A stretch of 64,000 nt of DNA from Gemmatimonadota bacterium (GTDB lineage Bacteria; Gemmatimonadota; Gemmatimonadetes; Gemmatimonadales; GWC2-71-9), in NCBI GenBank assembly GCA_039589615.1, contig JBDHHA010000001.1, positions 63,435-127,434 on the forward strand, read 5' to 3'. The notes beneath the pieces were generated by a model. The model saw only the letters and a program-made list of their open reading frames with translations. It ran no database searches and was not told where the DNA came from. Shown in pieces: positions 39,075-46,643 of the stretch. The translations under genes and the position numbers were made by a program. Position 1 is the stretch's first letter. Every line of letters begins with the position of its first letter.

Positions 39075-39173
39075 ATGAGCGCGAGCGGATGGATAACGAT
39101 GGCGCTGGTGCTGGCGGGGATCTGGGGTGGCTTCATCTACTTGTTGGTGCAGAGTACCAAGCAAGAAAACTGA
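39075..39173 (+). CDS. MetS-like small subunit of NSS transporter (32 aa, single TM)
   Basis: It is below the length of every ORF listed in the track (60 aa or more). ATG 39075 lies 1 nt after the transporter stop. It encodes MSASGWITMALVLAGIWGGFIYLLVQSTKQEN, a single TM with WGG, resembling the small subunits encoded next to MetP-type NSS transporters. Confidence 0.55.
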   Translation: MSASGWITMALVLAGIWGGFIYLLVQSTKQEN

Positions 39174-39185
39174 CGCCGGGGTGCC

Positions 39186-40214
39186 TCAGCACACGGTGAG
39201 ACGCAGCAACGCGCGCACGTACTCGCCGACATCTCCGCCGACTTCCAGGAAGAGGTTGCGGATTCTTCCTGTATCGAGGCGATGATTGCCCTCGACCAGG
39301 CCGAGGCCGGTCTCCGCTACGACGGCGCCGATCTCCAACGGTTCCCACCCGTGCGCCACCGCATTGGCAACAAAGGCGTCACGGCGATCAGGCGCAACGG
39401 TGAACACCAGCTCGAATTCACCGTGGGGCCCAGCCAGCATCATCCAGGGCGGCAACTTCACTGCGGCGGCGAGCCGCACCGCCGCGGGGTGCAACAGCTC
39501 CTCGACCTCCATGTCCAATTGGAATCCGATGCCGTTGAGCTGTGAAAGCTCGTCGAGTGTGGGAATGATCCCGTCGCTGGAGTCCATGCAACACGTGGCG
39601 AAGCCCTGGAGCAGCTGTCCCTCCGGGAGCCGGGCATGGGGCCGATACTCCAGCGCGAAGCCTTCGACGGCGGTCACTCCCTCGAGCTGCAACACGGCGA
39701 ATGCCGATCCCAGTCCCACCGGCCCCGACACGAACAACCGGTCTCCCGGCTCGCAGCCGCGGCGGGTGATGGGCGATCCGTCGGGCAGAACGCCCAAGGC
39801 CGTGGCGGACATCTGCATTCGGGTGGAGAAGTTCGTGTCGCCTCCGAGCACGGGAAGTCCGTAGGTGTTGCTGGCGTCGCGGATGCCGTCCTGAAGGCGG
39901 GATACGAAACGGTCGCCGACGCGCTGTGGCAGAGTCTCGTTGACGAGGATGCCCATGGGCTCGGCACCGACGGCGGCCAGATCGCTCGCGTTGACCGTGA
40001 CCGTCATCCACCCGATGAGGTAGGGGTCGTCGTACAGGCCGGCTTCGATCTCCTCCACGATTCCGTCCGTGGTGAGGGCCAGCACGGACTGCACTCCCGG
40101 GAGCCGTATCAACTCTGCGTCGCTCTCGCGCACCCCGTTCAGTTGGTGGGGGGAGCGGAGGAAGCCGGCGGTGAGCTGCTCGATGAGGGCGTTCTCGAGG
40201 ATAGCGGTGGTCAC
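39186..40214 (-). CDS. AIR-synthase-related (PurM/ThiL/HypE superfamily) ATP-binding protein
   Basis: GTG 40214 overlaps the upstream stop (GTGA). Motifs TTDGIVEE, NASDLAAVGAEP and GGDTN are typical of ThiL-like members. The remainder of the 526-aa track ORF is spurious. Confidence 0.75.
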   Translation of the reverse strand: MTTAILENALIEQLTAGFLRSPHQLNGVRESDAELIRLPGVQSVLALTTDGIVEEIEAGLYDDPYLIGWMTVTVNASDLAAVGAEPMGILVNETLPQRVGDRFVSRLQDGIRDASNTYGLPVLGGDTNFSTRMQMSATALGVLPDGSPITRRGCEPGDRLFVSGPVGLGSAFAVLQLEGVTAVEGFALEYRPHARLPEGQLLQGFATCCMDSSDGIIPTLDELSQLNGIGFQLDMEVEELLHPAAVRLAAAVKLPPWMMLAGPHGEFELVFTVAPDRRDAFVANAVAHGWEPLEIGAVVAETGLGLVEGNHRLDTGRIRNLFLEVGGDVGEYVRALLRLTVC

Positions 40215-41143
40215 GTGCACACCTGCAGGAGTCGGGGGCTGACGGAGAAGAAGGCTTCGCGGGCCAAAGTCACCTCGCCGTCCCCCTCCAAGGCGAACGG
40301 CTGATCGGCCTTGATGGCGACCCGACTGGCGCGCCACGACCGGGCGCCGCGCTGTCCGGAGAACTTGCCCCGGGCGAGCCGCCAAAAGGCGAGTAGCGCC
40401 CGGAGGATCGGGAGTTCCCTTAGAAGGTGGACGTGCAACCGGCCGCTGCCGGGCTCGTAACGGGAATCGTACCGGAGGCCTCCGGCAAAATTGGGATTCT
40501 TCACGATTCCCAGGTTCATGACCCGCGTGCGCACTGTCTCCGCATCGTTGACATTGATGGTCATATCCCGGGCGCGGTGACGGGCGACCGTGTGGAGCGC
40601 GGCGTAGCCGATGCCTCTCCCGGGCGACATACGCTTCAGGAAGCGCAGCACGCGATCTCCGGTATTGAAGAAGTAGTTTGCCTCTGCCGTGGTCCCCACG
40701 CTGGCGTTGATTACCCAGTGCCGGTCGCGCAGCTCCCCGTTCAGGTCGCGGTATCTGACCAGGCACACATCGTGTCGCACCGTGTTGCGGAAGTTCAGCC
40801 TGTACGGGATGCTCCGGATCTTGTGGAGCAGGCGGAACGGCTTATGGAAATCGTTGCTGGACCCGAGGCCAATTGCCCCGAGCTTCACTGCATTCAGAAC
40901 GTCGGGGTCGGCATGCTGAATGATGGTGTTCATCACGAGGTTGACGGTGCCGTCTCCTCCCGCCGCAATGAACCGCATCTCGCCGGCATCGAGAGCACGA
41001 GCGATGAGCTTTCGAACGACTTGCGCATTCGCTACCGCAATCATATCGAAGGGTCCTGCCAGCTCCCGCACTCGACTCTCCACGCGGTGCCACCGCTCGA
41101 GAGCCTTTCCGCCGCCCGCGTTGGGGTTGATGATCACCAACAT
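40211..41143 (-). CDS. Diacylglycerol-kinase-like lipid kinase (YegS/BmrU family)
   Basis: MLVIINPNAGGGKA start and the GGDGT motif (IAAGGDGTVN). 310 aa. Confidence 0.8.
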   Translation of the reverse strand: MLVIINPNAGGGKALERWHRVESRVRELAGPFDMIAVANAQVVRKLIARALDAGEMRFIAAGGDGTVNLVMNTIIQHADPDVLNAVKLGAIGLGSSNDFHKPFRLLHKIRSIPYRLNFRNTVRHDVCLVRYRDLNGELRDRHWVINASVGTTAEANYFFNTGDRVLRFLKRMSPGRGIGYAALHTVARHRARDMTINVNDAETVRTRVMNLGIVKNPNFAGGLRYDSRYEPGSGRLHVHLLRELPILRALLAFWRLARGKFSGQRGARSWRASRVAIKADQPFALEGDGEVTLAREAFFSVSPRLLQVCT

Positions 41144-41152
41144 ACATACCTC

Positions 41153-42232
41153 TCAGATCTGCTCTCGCATGGGTCGCACCTTCATCGCCACCAAAAATGC
41201 CACGTAGAAGACCAGGAGTGCCGGTCCCCAGGCAGGTTTCTGGAGGGCGGCGACGGCGGACAACGTGAGGATGTAGGCGTGCACGACTGGTGCGATGGCG
41301 ACGTGCGCCCGGCGTTCATTGTCCACGGTGTGGAGGAGGGCCTGCCCGATGAGCGTTGCGATCGCACCGCCCGTAAAGAACGCCACGGCGATGATCTGAT
41401 TGTTGGCCGGCATGGCGCCCGCCAAGGTCATCGACATGGCCATGCCGGTACTCAGGAGCATCAACGTCGCGAAGATGTTGCTCACAACGTTGGACAGGGG
41501 CAGCCCGAACACGACAGGGAGTGTGTGGTATCCCGTCGCGCGGTCGGCGGAAATGTCCTTGTAGTAACCCGTGAGGACGAAGTTGGCATAGCCGAAGAAA
41601 ACCGCGGTCAGCGACATTGCCAGAACCGGCGTGATTACGAAGCCACGGCCGGCGGCGCCGAGGCCCGCACTGTAACCGATCAACGCCAGCACGGCGACGA
41701 TCCAGGAATTGTAGAACGGACCCGCCCACCACTTTCGCTTGAACTGCGTGTAGGTCGCGATGCCCGCGACGGTGAGCACGGCCAGCGGTATGTTCAGATC
41801 GTTGTACCGGGTGACGATGACCCCGCAGGCGGCCAGCCCCAAAAAACTCACCAACAACACGTGCCCTCGACGGATCGTGCCCCGGACCAATGGGCGATAC
41901 GGAGCGGAGAGGGAGTCGGTGTCCAACTGGTAGCAGTCGGTGAGGGCTTGCCCGAATCCGTATGACAGGAAGAACGCGGCCGCGAGGAGTAGGGTGCCAC
42001 CGGTCGGCATACCGGGCGCGAGGGCGAGTCCAACGAGCCCGGTGATACCGGAAACGAACAGAAGGTAAGGTCGCATCGTGACGACGTAGCCGCGGAGAAA
42101 GCCGAAACTCACCAAGGGCGCGGCCACGGGTGCCCCGGGTCGCGCCGCGCCGACGGCGCTCGTGCGGGCCCACCGCCGCGTGCCATGGCGTATGCCGAAC
42201 CCGGCTGTCCGGGCGAGAGTACCGCCGATCAT
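41153..42232 (-). CDS. UbiA-family prenyltransferase
   Basis: ATG 42232 overlaps the upstream stop (ATGA). About 8-9 TM. First Asp-rich region LTDCYQLDTD...YRPLVRG and second YYKDISADRATGYHTLPV. An alternative start exists at the internal MRPYLLF. Confidence 0.75.
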   Translation of the reverse strand: MIGGTLARTAGFGIRHGTRRWARTSAVGAARPGAPVAAPLVSFGFLRGYVVTMRPYLLFVSGITGLVGLALAPGMPTGGTLLLAAAFFLSYGFGQALTDCYQLDTDSLSAPYRPLVRGTIRRGHVLLVSFLGLAACGVIVTRYNDLNIPLAVLTVAGIATYTQFKRKWWAGPFYNSWIVAVLALIGYSAGLGAAGRGFVITPVLAMSLTAVFFGYANFVLTGYYKDISADRATGYHTLPVVFGLPLSNVVSNIFATLMLLSTGMAMSMTLAGAMPANNQIIAVAFFTGGAIATLIGQALLHTVDNERRAHVAIAPVVHAYILTLSAVAALQKPAWGPALLVFYVAFLVAMKVRPMREQI

Positions 42233-42651
42233 GCTGTCCTCCAAAGCCGCCAGCCGAGCCCGAGACCGAGCGCACCGCCCCCGATGCAGATGGCGTTGCC
42301 TGCAAGGGCGATCAACGCCGATCCGGTGAGGGGGACGTACAGGCCCTGCCGGCCGTAGAAGGTGAGGTCGAGAATTCCCAGATAGAGGCTCATCGACGCC
42401 GCCGCCACGAGCCAGAACGGCCCCGAAGGCCGCCCCGCGAGCAGGCAACGGCTCGCAGTGAAGAGCATGACCGCCAATACCCCATCCGCCAGGGGGAAGG
42501 CCAGCTCGAACTCGTGGAACAGGGGGTGGTGCTGGCCCAGATCGGCTGCAGCGGAGAAGTAGAGCAGCCAAAACGTGGTCATCAGCAACCCTGCTCCCAG
42601 AGTCACCCAACCGAGGATCCGTCGTATCTGTCTGTCGGCGTCCTGAGCCAT
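42229..42651 (-). CDS. Hypothetical 4-TM membrane protein (first gene of operon)
   Basis: 140-aa ORF with four hydrophobic segments. Its stop overlaps the UbiA start. No family recognised. Confidence 0.55.
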   Translation of the reverse strand: MAQDADRQIRRILGWVTLGAGLLMTTFWLLYFSAAADLGQHHPLFHEFELAFPLADGVLAVMLFTASRCLLAGRPSGPFWLVAAASMSLYLGILDLTFYGRQGLYVPLTGSALIALAGNAICIGGGALGLGLGWRLWRTA

Positions 42652-42791
42652 CGAGGAAATCCTTTCATCTGGACGGCAACCTACCGGCCGGTCGTCAAGG
42701 CGACGTCAAGCGCCCGGCCTCCCTCCCGGGCTTGACGCCTCCTTGACGCCTCTCCGGCAGCTTGAAGCCGGAAAGTCGAGAGGACGACACC

Positions 42792-43610
42792 ATGGAAATC
42801 CAAGGAAAACGGGTGGTCATCACGGGGGCCTCGTCGGGGATCGGCCTGGAATTGGCCCGATTGGTGGCCCGGAAGGGTGGCGTGCTGCTGCTGGCGGCTC
42901 GGCGCCTGGAGCGGCTTCAGGCCATTGCGGCGGAGATCCGCGAGGCCTCTCCCGAGACCCCCATGCCCAGGGTGGCGCACTGCGACGTGGCGGACCGGTC
43001 GTGCGTCCGCCGCCTGATCGACACGGCGGTGAGGCAACTGGGCGGCATCGACATTCTCATCAACAACGCCGGGATCTCGGTCTACGGAGACGCCGAGGGC
43101 ACTTCGCTCGAGGATGTCTGCGCACTGATGCAGGTGAATTTCTTCGGGCCGCTGTACGGCATGCTGGATGCGTTACCGGAGATGAAGCGGGAGGGCGGGG
43201 GGATCATCGTCAATGTGGTCTCGGTCGCCGCCATTCACGGCGTGCCGTATCTGGCGGCCTACGGCGCCACCAAGGCGGCCCTGGCAACCTACGGGCAAAG
43301 CCTCCGCGCCGAGCTGGCCGAGACCGGCATCTCGGTCATCAATGTGTATCCCAGCCTGACCCGCACCAACATCTTCGCCGTCGAGAAACGGGTGGGAGGC
43401 GCCCGGCGTCCAAAACGCGGGTATGCGCCGGCCTCCAAAGTGGCAAGGGCGGTTGCGCGGGCGATTGAAACCGACAAGCACGAGGTGGTGCTCTCGGCAG
43501 AGGGAAACGCGCTGGCAGCCCTGCGAGGGCTACTCCCGACACTCGTACAAAGGACGATGGAACGGATTGCCGCTGGTTTGAGAGAGAAAGGGCAGGCGAC
43601 ACATGGCTAA
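42792..43610 (+). CDS. Short-chain dehydrogenase/reductase (SDR)
   Basis: TGASSGIG cofactor motif, NNAG, and YxxxK (YGATKAA). ATG 42792. Confidence 0.85.
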   Translation: MEIQGKRVVITGASSGIGLELARLVARKGGVLLLAARRLERLQAIAAEIREASPETPMPRVAHCDVADRSCVRRLIDTAVRQLGGIDILINNAGISVYGDAEGTSLEDVCALMQVNFFGPLYGMLDALPEMKREGGGIIVNVVSVAAIHGVPYLAAYGATKAALATYGQSLRAELAETGISVINVYPSLTRTNIFAVEKRVGGARRPKRGYAPASKVARAVARAIETDKHEVVLSAEGNALAALRGLLPTLVQRTMERIAAGLREKGQATHG

Positions 43611-45048
43611 GCCGAAACTGCAGATCATCGTGCTGTTTCAGAACCTGGGTGACGAACATGCGTACTACGCCCTTGCACCGGCGCCGCCGCTGTCAGGCGT
43701 GCTGCTCGCCGGCCTGACTCCTGACATTGTGGAGATCGAGTTGCTGCACGAGATGATCCGGCCCATCGACTACACGACCGACGCGGATTTCATCGCCTTG
43801 AGCTTCATGGATTTCTGCGCTCCGCACGCCTACGAGGTCGCCGCCCGCTTCCGGAAGTTGGGCAAGGTGGTCGTGGCGGGTGGGCGTTACCCCTCCACGT
43901 TCCCCCATGAGGTCATGCCCCACATGGATGCCGTCGTGGTGGGGGAAGCCGAGCCCGTGTGGGCGCAGGTGGTGGAGGATCTGGTAACGGGAAAGCTCAG
44001 ACGCATGTACACCGCGCCGTTCGCTCCGCCGTTGGACGGGATTCCGCCTCCGCGGTACGATCTCGTCGAATCTGCATTCGCAGCACCGGTGGTCACCGAG
44101 GCAACCCGCGGCTGCCCGTTTCAATGCACGTACTGCGCTCTCAACATCAGGACGGCACCGCACCGGTGCCGTCCCATCGAGGACGTGATTCGGGATCTCA
44201 CGGCCACTTCCAAGCTGCCGCTCCACAAGCGGAAGATGGCCATGGTCTACGACAACAACTTTGCCGGAAACATGGACTACGCGAAGGAGTTGCTGCGGGA
44301 AATCGGCAAGCTGAAGCTGTGGGGCGTCGGCTTCCAGTTCACCTTCAACTGTCTCCAAGACGACGAGTACCTGGACCTCCTGGCGGAAGCCAACGGCATC
44401 ATGGCGTTTATCGGCCTGGAGTCGCTCAACCAACCGAGCCTGCTCTCGGTCCGCAAGAGACAAAACAAGGTGCAGGAGTACCAGGAGCAGTTCAGGAAGC
44501 TCCGGGAGCGGGGCATCATGACCTTCACCGGCATGATGCTGGCGCTCGACGAGGACACGCCCGAGTACTACCGCAGCCTGCCGAACCGCTTGGAAGAGGT
44601 CGATCCCAGCGCGGTGCTCCTGTCGATCTCCATTCCCATTCCGGGGACGCCGTTCCACAAGCATGTGGAGTCGGAAGGTCGTATTCTCGACGAGAATCTG
44701 GCACACTACGAGGGCGACCATCTGGTATTTCAGCCCAAGAAGGTCACCGCAGACGACGTCTACACTGCCTTTCGCCGGATCAACCGGATCTTCTATTCGT
44801 GGAAGAACATTGCCAGGCGGTGGTGGCGGTTACTCTCGTCCTATCTGGGAAGCCGGGCCGCGCCAAGCGGCCTGTTCCACGCGCTGCTCATGACGTACAT
44901 CTTCTTCAAACTCTCCGTCTTCCAACGGCACCATGCGCAGAAGAAGGTGTATTCGCTCCCGATCGCGCCGCCACGGGATCGACCCGAGACGGCGAACCAC
45001 CCGCCCCTCGTGCAACTCGATGGCGGCCGGGAGCGGATATCTGCGTAG
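43603..45048 (+). CDS. B12-binding-domain radical SAM protein (class B)
   Basis: N-terminal Rossmann-like B12-type domain, then CPFQCTYC (CxxxCxxC). 481 aa. The ATG overlaps the SDR stop by 8 nt. Confidence 0.8.
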   Translation: MAKPKLQIIVLFQNLGDEHAYYALAPAPPLSGVLLAGLTPDIVEIELLHEMIRPIDYTTDADFIALSFMDFCAPHAYEVAARFRKLGKVVVAGGRYPSTFPHEVMPHMDAVVVGEAEPVWAQVVEDLVTGKLRRMYTAPFAPPLDGIPPPRYDLVESAFAAPVVTEATRGCPFQCTYCALNIRTAPHRCRPIEDVIRDLTATSKLPLHKRKMAMVYDNNFAGNMDYAKELLREIGKLKLWGVGFQFTFNCLQDDEYLDLLAEANGIMAFIGLESLNQPSLLSVRKRQNKVQEYQEQFRKLRERGIMTFTGMMLALDEDTPEYYRSLPNRLEEVDPSAVLLSISIPIPGTPFHKHVESEGRILDENLAHYEGDHLVFQPKKVTADDVYTAFRRINRIFYSWKNIARRWWRLLSSYLGSRAAPSGLFHALLMTYIFFKLSVFQRHHAQKKVYSLPIAPPRDRPETANHPPLVQLDGGRERISA

Positions 45049-45063
45049 GCCCACGCAGGCCTA
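45046..45063. terminator. Short hairpin spanning the stop codons of two convergent genes
   Basis: TAGGCC-CACGCA-GGCCTA is a 6-bp stem with a 6-nt loop. TAG (45046-45048) is the radical SAM stop and CTA (45061-45063) is the reverse-strand stop of the peptidase-like gene. There is no U-tract, so terminator function is speculative. Confidence 0.2.
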
Positions 45064-45438
45064 GAACACCATCTCCTCGTCGCTCAAGCCGAAGTGGTGC
45101 CCGATCTCGTGAATGACCGTCTCACGGACTTGCTGCAGAACCTCGCTGGCGCTGGCACAACATCGGAGGATAGGACCGCGGTAGATGAACACACGATCGG
45201 GGAGGCCAGTGTAGGCGACATCCCGATCCGTCAGGGGCACCCCGTGGTAGAGTCCCAGTAGCTCGCCATCTTCTGGATCCACGTCGAGGTCGGCGAGGTC
45301 CTCTGGTGAGGGTTCGTCTTCCACCACGATCGCCACGTTCTCCAGCATGGGCTGGAAGCGTTGGGGAAGATCCTCCAGCGCCTCCACCACCATGGCCTGG
45401 AATTCATCGAGGCTGAAATCCATCCGCCCGGGATTCAT
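45061..45438 (-). CDS. Small zinc-metallopeptidase-like protein (HExxH, zincin-like fold)
   Basis: 125 aa, acidic, with a C-terminal VIHEIGHHFG motif. Confidence 0.7.
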   Translation of the reverse strand: MNPGRMDFSLDEFQAMVVEALEDLPQRFQPMLENVAIVVEDEPSPEDLADLDVDPEDGELLGLYHGVPLTDRDVAYTGLPDRVFIYRGPILRCCASASEVLQQVRETVIHEIGHHFGLSDEEMVF

Positions 45439-45517
45439 CGGCAGTTCATCCCCCGTTCATGCTCACCGTCAAAGAATGAAAGGCTCTTCAAGTTCCCTTC
45501 GCAATGGGCATCGCCTC

Positions 45518-46537
45518 ATGGAGTTCACAGGAGGGCCCATCCCAAAGATATGGACGACGGGGTCGCTTTCCGGGGTCGACGCCATCGCCGAATCCGTGGC
45601 GGCCAAAGGCAAGAGTAACCTCTATCGCACGAGCTGCTACTTCGGGGATCGGGAGCGATACCGGTCGTTTTGTGCGCTGTATGCCGTTCTCCGGTTGGTG
45701 TCGGATCGGGTGAAAACCTTCCTGGCGGGCGGCGACGACTGCTCGGGTGAACTGTGTCAGGAGTTCATCGTCGTGCAGGCGTGGCGCCGGGTCATTGCGG
45801 CTTTGCTGACAGGCGACGATCCGATGCAGCAGGACATTCAGCAGATCGGCATCCCGCAGCTCGACGAACTCCTCGTGTCGTTTGGCGACGCCACGAAGCG
45901 GTTTCCCATTCCCGAGCAGCTATGGACCGCCTTCATGAACGCGATGGAGCGCGATCTCCAGCACCACCGCTTCGAAACTTTTGACGAGGTGATGGAATAC
46001 GCGGAGGGCGCGGCGGTTTGTCCGACGACGATCTACTTATATCTCGTACTGGCCGACGCACCCGATGACCACGGTGTATACCAGCTTCCACCAAACTTCG
46101 ACCTCCTGCCGTGCAGTAGGGATTTCGGTCTCTTCGGGTACCTCGCCCACAGTCTTCGTGATTTCCGACAAGACCTTGCGACCGGGAAGCGTGGTCACCT
46201 GTACATCGCAGCCGAAGACATGGCGCGTCACGGCGTCACCGAGCGAAAGCTGTTCGACGATTTGGTATCCGGGGTGGCGAGCTCCGAGCTGCGGGCCCTC
46301 GTGCGTGACCTGGTCGAGCGGGCGCGGGCTTTGGCGAGGCGGGGTCGTGTGAGCCTATCGGTGGTCGAACCGGACCTCAGCGCGGACCGGGCGTTCATGC
46401 TCAAATTGATCGTGCGGTCGTACGAGGCGTTTCTCGACAAGATCGTCTTCCATTCCTACAACGTGATGACTGACGATCACCGTTTGACCGAAGTCGAGCT
46501 GGAGAGTGTGGCGCTGGAGGTGGGCACGTTGATGTGA
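45518..46537 (+). CDS. Squalene/phytoene synthase family protein (trans-isoprenyl diphosphate synthase head-to-head fold), atypical first Asp-rich motif
   Basis: ATG 45518 (MEFTGG...). The ALYAVLRLVSDRV region aligns to the YxxxRxxDDxxD region, and LRDFRQDLATGKRGHLYI aligns to the second motif (RDxxxD...GRxY). The upstream 57 codons of the track ORF overlap the opposite-strand peptidase gene. Confidence 0.65.
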   Translation: MEFTGGPIPKIWTTGSLSGVDAIAESVAAKGKSNLYRTSCYFGDRERYRSFCALYAVLRLVSDRVKTFLAGGDDCSGELCQEFIVVQAWRRVIAALLTGDDPMQQDIQQIGIPQLDELLVSFGDATKRFPIPEQLWTAFMNAMERDLQHHRFETFDEVMEYAEGAAVCPTTIYLYLVLADAPDDHGVYQLPPNFDLLPCSRDFGLFGYLAHSLRDFRQDLATGKRGHLYIAAEDMARHGVTERKLFDDLVSGVASSELRALVRDLVERARALARRGRVSLSVVEPDLSADRAFMLKLIVRSYEAFLDKIVFHSYNVMTDDHRLTEVELESVALEVGTLM

Positions 46538-46643
46538 TCGCTCCGCGGCTCGTCGCCTTGAGGCGGCGGGTGTTGGGGCCTATCATAGCGCGTGATGGGT
46601 TGGGAGGTTGAGGAATCAGCGCCACCTCGACAGGGAGTCAAGC

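Noticed and set aside
39186-40214. Idea that the PurM-like gene is selD, linked to the nearby selenoprotein
   Set aside because: The N-terminus lacks the Cys/Sec-Lys glycine-rich loop (GxGCK-type) characteristic of selenophosphate synthetase. The motifs look ThiL-like, and the gene is translationally coupled to lipid-type genes.
40427-41965. 512-aa plus-strand ORF
   Set aside because: It is antisense to the DAG-kinase-like and UbiA genes. No motifs. Shadow ORF.
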